From positions 1 to 31,611 of the forward strand of contig JBMCSP010000001.1 in NCBI GenBank assembly GCA_048624455.1: a stretch of DNA of 31,611 bases. Reading direction: 5' to 3'. The stretch is from Nanobdellota archaeon (GTDB lineage Archaea; Nanobdellota; Nanobdellia; Woesearchaeales; CAZJJJ01). The position numbers were made by a program, and so were the translations under genes. The first letter of the stretch is position 1. The number at the start of each line of letters is the position of its first letter. The notes below the pieces were generated by a model, which worked only from the letters and a program-made list of their open reading frames with translations, was not told the origin of the DNA and ran no database searches. This document shows, one piece after another, positions 8,086 through 16,262 of the stretch.

Positions 8086-8442
8086 ATGGTACAACACAAA
8101 AAGCATCGCGGGTTAAAGGCGCTCCTTTTTGGCGCCTCGCTGCTGTCGGCAAGCTACGCAGCAGATAGGTACAACTTCAACGATACATTCGTCTATCCGC
8201 TTGTCTATCACGATGTAGAGGCGGCCGAAGGTTTTGCGCGCGATCCGTTCAGCCTTGAGAAAAAGATCGTGCTCAATCCGGACAACAAGCTCGAGGTCTA
8301 TTTCGGCAACAGGAGAACAGAAGAATATTTCAGGGTCAAAGAGAACAACCACACCGCTACCGGTCTTGACAATGTGCTTGAGAGCATTGAGTCTGCCTAC
8401 GACCAGGTCCGTGATTATCTGCGGCGGGAATTCAGCGAATAA
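8086..8442 (+). CDS. Hypothetical protein with N-terminal signal-like segment
   Basis: Basic N-terminus, then hydrophobic ALLFGASLLSASYA; codon usage looks like the flanking genes. Confidence 0.6.
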   Translation: MVQHKKHRGLKALLFGASLLSASYAADRYNFNDTFVYPLVYHDVEAAEGFARDPFSLEKKIVLNPDNKLEVYFGNRRTEEYFRVKENNHTATGLDNVLESIESAYDQVRDYLRREFSE

Positions 8443-8486
8443 GATAAGTACTGCTGTTTTTCATCACTTTTGCGCAGGAGTCCACA

Positions 8487-8498
8487 CTATTTAAATAG
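8487..8498 (+). promoter_or_regulatory. TATA box (palindromic CTATTTAAATAG) of the trxA-trxB-HTH operon
   Basis: Located upstream of trxA; a GGAGTGA RBS precedes ATG 8570. Confidence 0.55.
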
Positions 8499-8569
8499 TA
8501 AATAGTACTTCTGCTTTTTAGAAGTCGCGTTATAGAGCCCGACGTGAAAAAATAATGGAGTGATGAGAA

Positions 8570-8899
8570 ATGGCATTAGTTCACATAACACATGATAATT
8601 TTGATAAAGAGATACAGCAGTCAGACGTCCCTGTCATCGTCGATTTTTGGGCAGAATGGTGCGGTCCCTGCCAGATGATGGGTCCTGTCTTTGAAGAATT
8701 GAGCAAAGACTATGAAGGAAAGCTCAAATTCGCAAAAGTGAATACCGAAGAGCATCCTGACCTTGCAAATCAGTTCGGTATCCAAGGTATCCCAAGCCTA
8801 GTTGTCACAAAGGATGGCAAGGAGGTCAACAGGATCGTCGGTTTCGCACCGAAGCCTCTTCTGAAGCAGAAGATCGAACAGGTACTTGCAGAGCTCTAA
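8570..8899 (+). CDS. trxA: Thioredoxin
   Basis: DFWAEWCGPC active site and cis-Pro motif GIPSL; 109 aa. Confidence 0.97.
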   Translation: MALVHITHDNFDKEIQQSDVPVIVDFWAEWCGPCQMMGPVFEELSKDYEGKLKFAKVNTEEHPDLANQFGIQGIPSLVVTKDGKEVNRIVGFAPKPLLKQKIEQVLAEL

Positions 8900-8931
8900 G
8901 CTCAGTCTTTTTTCTTTGGAGGTAATGCTCT

Positions 8932-9837
8932 ATGCATGATATCATCATTGTCGGAGGAGGGCCTGCGGGCATGACTGCTGCGATCTATGCGGCCCGCTAC
9001 AGGCTTGATACGATCGTCATATCAGGAGATATCGGAGGCCAGATCGCGAAATCCCACAAGATCTGCAATTTCCCCTCTTATCCTGACATAGACGGCATGA
9101 CGCTCTCGCAGAACATGTACAAGCATGTCCAGTCGCTCGATGTCCCTTTCATCTTCGATTTCGTCACTGGTATAGAAAAGAAAGAGGATGCGTTCACCGT
9201 GACGACACAATCCGGGAAAAGCTATGAAGGAAAGAAAGTCATCTTCACCGGAGGGACTGAGCATAGACATCTTGATGTTCCGGGTGAAAAAGAATTCTCC
9301 GGCAAAGGCGTCAGCTACTGCGCCACCTGCGATGCCGCATTCTTCAAAGACAAGAAAGTGGCTGTCATCGGCGGCGGTGATGCTGCAGCGAAGGCTGCTT
9401 TGCTGCTCTCTGAATATGCTATCGATGTCTATATCATCTACAGGCGCGAGAAATTCTTTCGGGCTGAGCCTGCCTGGATCGATCTGATCGAGAAGACCAT
9501 GAACATCCATACGATGTTCAACGAGGAGATAATGGCGATCGAAGGAGATGCCTTCGTGAACAGCATAACTCTCAAGAATGCAGGAAAAAAACTTCCTGTC
9601 GACGGTGTCTTTGTCGAGATCGGCTCTGTCCCAAAGCTTGAGTTCATTGAGAATCTTTGCCTTGAGAAGGAAGGAGCATACCTGAAGACGAACAATATGC
9701 AGGAGACAAATATTAAAGGATTCTTCGCTGCAGGAGATGTGACCAGTGCACCACTGCGCCAGATCATCACCGCTGCTGCACAGGGTTCCGTCGCTGCGTT
9801 CGCTGCATATACAGAACTGACACGTGAATCACCATGA
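8932..9837 (+). CDS. trxB: Thioredoxin reductase (low-Mr, NADPH-dependent type)
   Basis: FAD site GGGPAG, redox motif CATCD, VIGGGDAA and FAAGDV. Confidence 0.95.
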   Translation: MHDIIIVGGGPAGMTAAIYAARYRLDTIVISGDIGGQIAKSHKICNFPSYPDIDGMTLSQNMYKHVQSLDVPFIFDFVTGIEKKEDAFTVTTQSGKSYEGKKVIFTGGTEHRHLDVPGEKEFSGKGVSYCATCDAAFFKDKKVAVIGGGDAAAKAALLLSEYAIDVYIIYRREKFFRAEPAWIDLIEKTMNIHTMFNEEIMAIEGDAFVNSITLKNAGKKLPVDGVFVEIGSVPKLEFIENLCLEKEGAYLKTNNMQETNIKGFFAAGDVTSAPLRQIITAAAQGSVAAFAAYTELTRESP

Positions 9838-10181
9838 TAGATTTTGCATGCAAACGGTTCAAGCTTGATGAGGTGATCAAGTGTGGATTAAGTCTCACCA
9901 AAGCTGAGTACAAGGTATTCGAAGAATTCGTCCAGGAGCATCTGGAAGAGGTCACGACAGACGAGCTTGTAGAGAAGACAGGGCTTGACATCACGACTAT
10001 CCAGCGTGCTGTCAAGAAGCTGCATGAGAACAATATACTTCTTCGAAAACAGATCAATCTTGAGGGGGGCGGCTACACATATATCTATTCAGTCAAGCCG
10101 AAAAAAGAGCTTCGAAAGACGATCCTGAACATCATCCATAACTGGGTGCATACCGTCGATGAAGCTTTGCAGAAATGGTAA
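9834..10181 (+). CDS. Archaeal HTH transcriptional regulator (TrmB-like wHTH) with two N-terminal Cys
   Basis: CGLSLTKAEYKVF...TTDELVEKTGLDITTIQRAVKKL...GGYTYIY; ATGA overlap with trxB. Confidence 0.85.
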   Translation: MIDFACKRFKLDEVIKCGLSLTKAEYKVFEEFVQEHLEEVTTDELVEKTGLDITTIQRAVKKLHENNILLRKQINLEGGGYTYIYSVKPKKELRKTILNIIHNWVHTVDEALQKW

Positions 10182-10201
10182 GAAAAAAATAAACTGCCGC
10201 T

Positions 10202-10945
10202 TTAGTCGTTCTCTACCCGTGGAGCCAGGATGAATCCGAGGTAGACCTTGTCCATCTCGAGGAACTCAAGCTTCAGCGGATAATCTGTATTGAAATAGAG
10301 CGAGACGTTGCTTGTCAGCTTGGAGCCCTGGACCATCTTCTTGAGGTATTCGATAGAATACTTTGCCTTGACCGGACTCTCGAGCTCGGAATTGATGGTC
10401 GTGTTCTCATCCTTCTTGATCTCGATCTTTGCACGGCTGAGATCGCCTTCTGCAGCGACCATTATCTTGTCTGAGTCCGCTATGAACGCGACCGACTCGC
10501 CGACGATGTCAACGTCATCGATAGCATCGGAGAGTATTCCTGCAGATGTAGTTATCTTGACAGGGAATTTCAGTTCAGGAACCTTCTGCTGTCTCTCATC
10601 CATGTCAAGGATGGGGATGCTGAATGTTCTGGTAGAAGCTCCCAGAATCTTGACATTGAGCTTGTTGTCTGCGACCTCGACCTCCATTGAATCGCTCGAT
10701 CCGACACGCCTGAGGATCTGCTTGAGATTGCTCAGGTTGACGCCGATTTCGGCTTCTTCGCTGACTTCGTATGTCGTGAACGAGCTTGAGAAGAGCTTAT
10801 AGATGACCATGGCGACATTTGCGGGATCCATGGCGACAAGCTCCATCATGTCTTCTGAGAAGCGGAATCGCGCCTCGGTGACAAGATCTGCTATGATGGT
10901 GATGCTGTCCTTGAAATATTTTGGTTCTGATAGACTGAATTTCAT
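10202..10945 (-). CDS. pcn: DNA polymerase sliding clamp PCNA
   Basis: AMDPANVAMV, KAKYSIEYLKKM, DYPLKLEF and FILAPRVE; 247 aa. Confidence 0.97.
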   Translation of the reverse strand: MKFSLSEPKYFKDSITIIADLVTEARFRFSEDMMELVAMDPANVAMVIYKLFSSSFTTYEVSEEAEIGVNLSNLKQILRRVGSSDSMEVEVADNKLNVKILGASTRTFSIPILDMDERQQKVPELKFPVKITTSAGILSDAIDDVDIVGESVAFIADSDKIMVAAEGDLSRAKIEIKKDENTTINSELESPVKAKYSIEYLKKMVQGSKLTSNVSLYFNTDYPLKLEFLEMDKVYLGFILAPRVEND

Positions 10946-11000
10946 GATTACCCCTCATCCTGGAGAAGAATTGTCTCTTTATATATTTTGTCGTGGCGGA

Positions 11001-12320
11001 TCAATCAAGTTTCACGGTCTCGCCGTTCTTGATGAGATGGAGCTGCTCATCGGTGTATCCCATGCTTTTGGCGAGCTCTCTGAATGATTCCATCATCTCC
11101 CGGTGGCCATGCGCTGGGATGAGATCCTTTGGCTTGAGCATGTTGAGAAGGTCGCGAAGCTCTTCACGTGCAGCATGGCCGCTTGCATGGATATCTTTGA
11201 AGATCCTGACATGTTTCTCCTTGAGCTTGAGCTCAAGCTCTTCTCTGTTCTTGATGTTCTCATCATTAGGGATGACGCTGCAGGAGAAGATGACCTGGTC
11301 TTCTTTGCGGAACGGAAACTTCAGGTTGCCGTAGACCATGTTCGCAAGGATCGCTTCCGGCTCTCCTTGGTGGCCCGTGACGATGAGAAGATAGTCCTGC
11401 GGTCGCTGCATGACGACCTTGAGTTTCTTTCGGATCTTGTCGCGGAACTTGACCCGCTCTATATCCGAAAAATCGATGACTTCAGCTGCCTCTCCTGCAC
11501 TAACATATTTGTCGAGGCTTCTTCCGAGCATGACAACTTTTCGGCCAAGCTGCTTACCCATCTCGATTATGGTCTTGAGCCGTGCCAGATGTGACGCGAA
11601 GGTCGTGACGACGACAAGCTTGCCGCCTGAATCCACGCCGAGCAAGACATCGCGGAGCATCTCCTTGACGACAGTCTCTGATGGTGTCTTCTTTTCGTCC
11701 CATGCTCGCGTGCAGTCAACGATGAGCCCTCTTACATAGTCGATGCTCTTGAGGCGTTCGAAGTTCGGTCTCGCTCCGAGTACCGGCTGGGAATCGAACT
11801 TAAAATCGTTCGCATAGACGATCGTCCCGTATGGTGTATGGAGTGCGATCATCGCGGTCTGCGGAGTCGAATGCGTGACATGGATAAATTCTGCTGTGAT
11901 ATTGTCTGATATCTTGTAGTTTGCATTCGGATTGATCGGCTTGATCTTGTTCTTCAGTTTGATCCTCTTGTCGCTTGAGATGGCTTTGATGACCTCTGCT
12001 GTGAATGGTGTGCAGAGGATCTCAGCATCAAACTTGCTTGCTATATGGGGTATGGCGCCGACATGGTCAAGATGCGCATGCGTCGGGATGATCGCCTTGA
12101 CGTCTTTCTTCCAGTCGTCGATGAGTGGAAAGTAGGGGATGGCGTTTTCTTGGAGAAGGCGTTTTGTACTGATCTTATCGCCGTCTTCATCTCCCTGCAA
12201 CCTGATATAGTTCTCCATGTGCAGGCCCATATCGATGATGACAACCTCATCGTCAACGCGTACTGCTGTCATGTTGCGGCCGAACTCAGAATAGCCGCCG
12301 ACAGCCTTTATCTTGATCAT
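11001..12320 (-). CDS. rnj: Archaeal ribonuclease J (metallo-beta-lactamase / beta-CASP)
   Basis: GGYSEFGRNM, HAHLDH, HSTP, DFKFD, HASGH and PAHG. Start placed at ATG 12320 after a GGGGTAGG RBS-like site. Confidence 0.92.
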   Translation of the reverse strand: MIKIKAVGGYSEFGRNMTAVRVDDEVVIIDMGLHMENYIRLQGDEDGDKISTKRLLQENAIPYFPLIDDWKKDVKAIIPTHAHLDHVGAIPHIASKFDAEILCTPFTAEVIKAISSDKRIKLKNKIKPINPNANYKISDNITAEFIHVTHSTPQTAMIALHTPYGTIVYANDFKFDSQPVLGARPNFERLKSIDYVRGLIVDCTRAWDEKKTPSETVVKEMLRDVLLGVDSGGKLVVVTTFASHLARLKTIIEMGKQLGRKVVMLGRSLDKYVSAGEAAEVIDFSDIERVKFRDKIRKKLKVVMQRPQDYLLIVTGHQGEPEAILANMVYGNLKFPFRKEDQVIFSCSVIPNDENIKNREELELKLKEKHVRIFKDIHASGHAAREELRDLLNMLKPKDLIPAHGHREMMESFRELAKSMGYTDEQLHLIKNGETVKLD

Positions 12321-12339
12321 CCTACCCCAAAACAAGGCT

Positions 12340-13020
12340 CTATTTAAATAGTTTTTCGGATGATGCCTGTTCTCTTAAGCTGCAGAATGTTTCGCCGATG
12401 ATGACATGATCTATCAGCGGTATGCCGACAAGCTTCCCAGCCGTTATCAATTCTTTCGTGACGGCCAGATCCTCATCACTAGGTTCGGGGTTGCCTGATG
12501 GGTGATTATGGGCAACGATGAGACTTGTCGCGTTGTCCTCGATCGCTTTCCTGAAGATGTCGCGGGGATGGATGAGGTTGGAATCGGCAGTCCCTATGTG
12601 GATGATGTGCTTTCTGATGAGCGTGTTCCTTACAGTGAGGGTGAGCGCGACAAGATGCTCCTGTTTCTCTGCCTTGAGGTCATCAAGAAGCTCTGCGACA
12701 TCCTCTGCATGCCTGATGGCTGGGAGCGTTCTCTTCTTCTTGAGCCCTCTCTTGTAGAGCTCAAAGCAGGCGATGATCTTTGTCGCCTTCGCCGTACTGA
12801 TCCCGTTGAAGCGCTGGAGCTGACCGACCGTCGCAAGGGACAGTCTATCAGCAGGAAATGTCTTCAGGATCTTGTGGGACAAGGAGATGGCATCGCACCC
12901 TCTTGATCCTGTACCTATGATGATGGCCAGAAGCTCTGCAGTGCTCAGGTGTCCTGGCCCGTATCTTTGCAGCTTCTCTCTCGGGCGTTCTTCTTCAGCG
13001 ATCTCCTTGAGCATGAGCAT
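12340..13020 (-). CDS. radC: RadC / UPF0758 family JAB-domain protein
   Basis: ERPREKL...LSTAELLAII, HPRDIF and JAB motif AHNHPSG...SDED...DHVII. Confidence 0.93.
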   Translation of the reverse strand: MLMLKEIAEEERPREKLQRYGPGHLSTAELLAIIIGTGSRGCDAISLSHKILKTFPADRLSLATVGQLQRFNGISTAKATKIIACFELYKRGLKKKRTLPAIRHAEDVAELLDDLKAEKQEHLVALTLTVRNTLIRKHIIHIGTADSNLIHPRDIFRKAIEDNATSLIVAHNHPSGNPEPSDEDLAVTKELITAGKLVGIPLIDHVIIGETFCSLREQASSEKLFK

Positions 13021-13177
13021 AGCAATGCGATGTTCCTGCGCTTAATAAGCGTTCTTCGCTCCTGTCCACTGGCCTGTGATTTTGTCCGAAGAATATGAAA
13101 GAATTTCAATCTTTATGCGAGGCAAGTAGCATAAGTTATTTATATGAATAATTTTTCATATGCTGTGGTGATTACGC

Positions 13178-13804
13178 ATGATGAAGAAGATACTGATGAC
13201 TATAGTCCTGGTTGTTTTTCTTGCCGGCTGCACGCAAGTGCCTGATGATGTTGCGCAGGCGGAGTTTACAGGAAACAGCAACCAGCAAAACCAGGGCGGA
13301 CAGTCCTCTGATGGAATGCAGGAGACTGAACAGATGCAAGGTGATGAGTCCATGCCTGAGAATGCTGTTCGCATCGATACTGAGGCGAGCAAATTCGAGT
13401 TCGAAGGTTACGCTCCTGGAAAATCCCATGTCGGTACCCTGAATGAATGGGAGGGCTATATGGTCATGGACGGCGATGCTATAAAGAAGATCGTCGCGAC
13501 ATTCGACATGACCTCTGTCGACACCGGGATCGGTGCGCTTGATAATCACCTCATGAGCGAGGATTTCTACTACACCGAGATGCATCCGACATCTACGGTC
13601 GAGACGATTGAGATCGGTCCGCAGCAGACGACTGCACTCATGGACTTTCGCGGCGTCCAGCAGGAGATCATCATCCCGACCGAAGAGCTCAGCGAAAATG
13701 CATTTGCATCAGAGTTTCTTTTGAACATGTCAAACTACGGCATCGACAACCCTGCGGCTGATGAGATGGTCAGGATGCAGTTTAGGTTTGTCGCTGAAGA
13801 TTAA
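13178..13804 (+). CDS. YceI-like lipid/polyisoprenoid-binding lipoprotein
   Basis: Lipobox FLAG-C, Gln-rich linker, and YceI-type SVDTGIGALDNHLMSEDFY (compare S.DT....RD.HL.S.DFF) and MDFRGVQQEI. Confidence 0.78.
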   Translation: MMKKILMTIVLVVFLAGCTQVPDDVAQAEFTGNSNQQNQGGQSSDGMQETEQMQGDESMPENAVRIDTEASKFEFEGYAPGKSHVGTLNEWEGYMVMDGDAIKKIVATFDMTSVDTGIGALDNHLMSEDFYYTEMHPTSTVETIEIGPQQTTALMDFRGVQQEIIIPTEELSENAFASEFLLNMSNYGIDNPAADEMVRMQFRFVAED

Positions 13805-14366
13805 AGAAGAAGTTTGTCAATAGGCAATGCTGCGATCATCACTGCTTCGAAAAGAAGATGGAGGTTGATGGTCGCAGCATTTGTCTCCACCAATCAAGAA
13901 AGTTTAGAAGAGGAAGGATGCCCGCGAGACTGAGAGCGGCACGTCGATATAAGAGAGTGCAAGAAAAGCGATGTAGACAGGTACGGACTTTTTCTTTCCG
14001 AGAATCACGACAAGCGTCTTCTTGTTCGCTTTCTTGTCAGCTTCCCTGTCCGGAAACTCGTTGAGCAGGATGATGATGTTCGTGACAAGAAATGCTATGA
14101 GAGCGAGATGAGGATACTCTCTGTTGGCAGGGTTCCTGTCTGTGCGGCGAATGCGAAGAGGACAGTGAGGATGCCAAACGACAATACGATGACGAGCTCT
14201 CCGAGGTGGACGAGCGAGATTTTCAAAGGACGAGCAGGAATGCTTACCCAGCCTATCGATGTTCCCTTTTACAAGAAGAAAAGCGTCCCGAGATGGCAGG
14301 GACGAGCACTGCTGTCAGGAACGGTGCGCGTCTTGCAAACAGCACAGTCCTCAGCGATAGAGCCAT
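13801..14366 (-). pseudogene. menA: menA-like UbiA-superfamily prenyltransferase pseudogene (three frameshifts, large internal deletions)
   Basis: Manual translation gives four colinear fragments: ARRAPFLTAVLVPAISG; GWVSIPARPLKISLVHLGELVIVLSFG; LLNEFPDREADKKANKKTLVVILG; TINLHLLFEAVMIA*. The first Asp-rich motif is missing. Confidence 0.8.
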
Positions 14367-14956
14367 GCGATCCCCTTCCTCACTTTCTTGCGGATAGTCT
14401 TCTTTTTCTTCTCGTCAAGCGCTTTTGCCGCTTGTGAGATTGTATAGAACTTTGTCTTGATGCCGCAGAAGGCTAGTGTGTCTTTCGCGACGATCTTTGG
14501 TCCCCTGTTCTTGAGGATGCAGTTGTAGTACAATGCCGGGCCTCCCTGCGTGACGAATGTCACTGCCCTTTTCCCTTTCAAGTGTTGGATAGGGATGCCG
14601 TGCGGTCCGAAATTGAAAGAAAAGCCCGAGACAAAGACGCGGTCGAAGAATCCTTTAAGGATGGCGGGCATCGAGTCCCACCAGAGGGGATAGATGAAGA
14701 TGAGGTGGGTCGCATCCTTGATCTTGTTTTGGATCTTCTTGTTCTGGTCCGAGACATTCCTGTTCCCTGCGGTGTAGTGCTCTTTCTCGTGGAGGACAGG
14801 GTCGTACTTCATCTCGTAGAGGTCCAGGACCTCATAGTCCTTGTCAAGCGCCTCGAGCTTCTTTTTGACATTGCCGAGAATCGTTGCGTTATGGCCGGGT
14901 GTTTTTGGATGAGCGTAGACGACGAGCGTTTCCATGAAGTATGAAACACTGTTCAT
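14351..14956 (-). CDS. NAD(P)H dehydrogenase (quinone), flavodoxin-like fold (MdaB/KefF-like)
   Basis: VVYAHP, DLYEMKYDPVL and FIYPLWWDSMPAILKGFFDRVF. Start may be ATG 14935. Confidence 0.92.
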   Translation of the reverse strand: MNSVSYFMETLVVYAHPKTPGHNATILGNVKKKLEALDKDYEVLDLYEMKYDPVLHEKEHYTAGNRNVSDQNKKIQNKIKDATHLIFIYPLWWDSMPAILKGFFDRVFVSGFSFNFGPHGIPIQHLKGKRAVTFVTQGGPALYYNCILKNRGPKIVAKDTLAFCGIKTKFYTISQAAKALDEKKKKTIRKKVRKGIAWLYR

Positions 14957-15021
14957 CCTTTAAATAACTTCTGCAAATGACTTGTGGAAACCTTTATCAA
15001 TGCGCCGTTCTTGAGATTGAT

Positions 15022-15591
15022 ATGTTCAAGAATCAGATTCTCAAACGCTACGAGACGACGCCTGAAGGCTCGTACTTAGTCAATATCTCAGTCGATACGA
15101 TCAATCATCTTTTTGAAAGCTTTGATGCGACGACAGATTTTTCTATCCGTGATCTGAATGCCAGTTTTGCGCAGTATCTCTTCGAATGCGTCCATGAGGT
15201 CCGCAAGCATGACTTCCTGGTGCAGCTACGGGTGACGAAGGGAAAGAAGGATGAGGAGCGCGAGGCTTCGGTCAGGAAGGCGCTGAAGAACTACTTCACC
15301 TACCGCATGAACAAGGCGACCATAGCGATGCGCGAGATCGCGACAAAGGCGCTGTTCCATTTTCTCTTGTCTTTGATCCTTTTGATCGGGGTGCTTGTCT
15401 TGCACACCCGGATTGAAGGAGAGACCCTTCCCTATCTTATGTTTGTCGAGGGTCTGACGATAGCTGTCTGGGTCTTCATGTGGCCTATCTTCTCAGAGTT
15501 CTTGTATGACTTTCTTCGAAACAGGCAAAACCATCGTGTCTATAGACGGATACGGGATTGTGATGTTGTGTTCAAGTACAGCAAGAGATAG
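15022..15591 (+). CDS. Hypothetical membrane protein (soluble N-domain, two C-terminal TM helices)
   Basis: LFESFDATTDFSIRDLNASFAQYL followed by two hydrophobic segments; start placed at ATG 15022. Confidence 0.65.
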   Translation: MFKNQILKRYETTPEGSYLVNISVDTINHLFESFDATTDFSIRDLNASFAQYLFECVHEVRKHDFLVQLRVTKGKKDEEREASVRKALKNYFTYRMNKATIAMREIATKALFHFLLSLILLIGVLVLHTRIEGETLPYLMFVEGLTIAVWVFMWPIFSEFLYDFLRNRQNHRVYRRIRDCDVVFKYSKR

Positions 15592-15624
15592 AACTTTTCA
15601 TACCGCTTCGCTCAAAAAAAGAGT

Positions 15625-15981
15625 ATGCCAAAGAAGAAAGAAAAGGCAAAGGATATCAAGATGTACGAGGCAAAAAATCTCTTAGTGAAGAGAAGAAAAT
15701 CTCGCGGATCTTTGTGATCGCCCTGTCTCTGATCAGCATCCATGGCTTCTTTTCCATCATCTCTGAGAGTAGGAGCTGTACCAGCAAATCAGGTACAATC
15801 TGACGATAAGAATTTCAACAGGATCACTACTTTGGTGATTGTTTTGGTTGCGTTCTTCTCCTGATTTTTGACCGTACCTCTCTTTCAGATCGATCACTTC
15901 ATCTTTTCTGCGATGAAATGGTTGGTCAGCTTTGTTGCGATCATCTTCATAGCGATAGAGACATGGGTCTTGCGACAGTAA
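15625..15981 (+). pseudogene. Decayed small multi-TM membrane protein gene
   Basis: Fragments MPKKKEK / ISRIFVIALSLISIHGFFSIISES / NFNRITTLVIVLVAFFS*FLTVPLFQID...LVSFVAIIFIAIETWVLRQ* lie across frameshifts and an in-frame TGA at 15862. Confidence 0.55.
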
Positions 15982-16002
15982 GAACTTCTAAGGTAAATAA
16001 AA

Positions 16003-16152
16003 TGTGGGGGGAGGGATTCGAACCCTCGAACCCACTAAGGGACTGGATTCCTCATCAGTGGGAAATGTCAATTTCCGAATCATCGCCGAAAAAAACGGCT
16101 CATCACTCAATAATCTTGAGTCCAGCGGATTTGACCACTTTCCTACCCCCAC
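16003..16152 (-). tRNA. trnL: tRNA-Leu(CAA) with 66-nt intron (16049-16114) at canonical position 37/38
   Basis: Acceptor GTGGGGG/CCCCCAC, discriminator A, D-arm GGA/TCC, anticodon stem CTGGA/TCCAG around CT-CAA-G|A, long variable arm, T-arm GAGGG-TTCGAAT-CCCTC. BHB: CTCA/TGAG central helix with AG|A and GA|A bulges. Confidence 0.95.
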
Positions 16153-16182
16153 AAGAAGGTATTGTTCTCACAAACTAGAGTT

Positions 16183-16193
16183 AATTTATAAAG
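16183..16193 (-). promoter_or_regulatory. TATA box of tRNA-Leu
   Basis: CTTTATAAATT on the minus strand, 31-41 nt upstream of the tRNA 5' end. Confidence 0.65.
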
Positions 16194-16262
16194 ATTGTTA
16201 TGGGTGTAACTTTTATTGTCATAACACGCTAGAATATAAAGAAATAAACAAAGTCTGAGTCA

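Noticed and set aside
13858-14437. Plus-strand ORFs 13858..14064, 14108..14437 and 14206..14397
   Set aside because: They lie antisense to the menA-like pseudogene, whose fragments explain the region better.
16040-16060. CTGATGAG in the tRNA-Leu intron, and GGACGAAAC at 29952-29960, as hammerhead ribozyme cores
   Set aside because: Neither has the partner core element with correctly closing stems II and III; the first is explained by the BHB helix and box D.
15918-16258. ORFs 15918..16178 and 16004..16258
   Set aside because: They overlap tRNA-Leu on the opposite strand.
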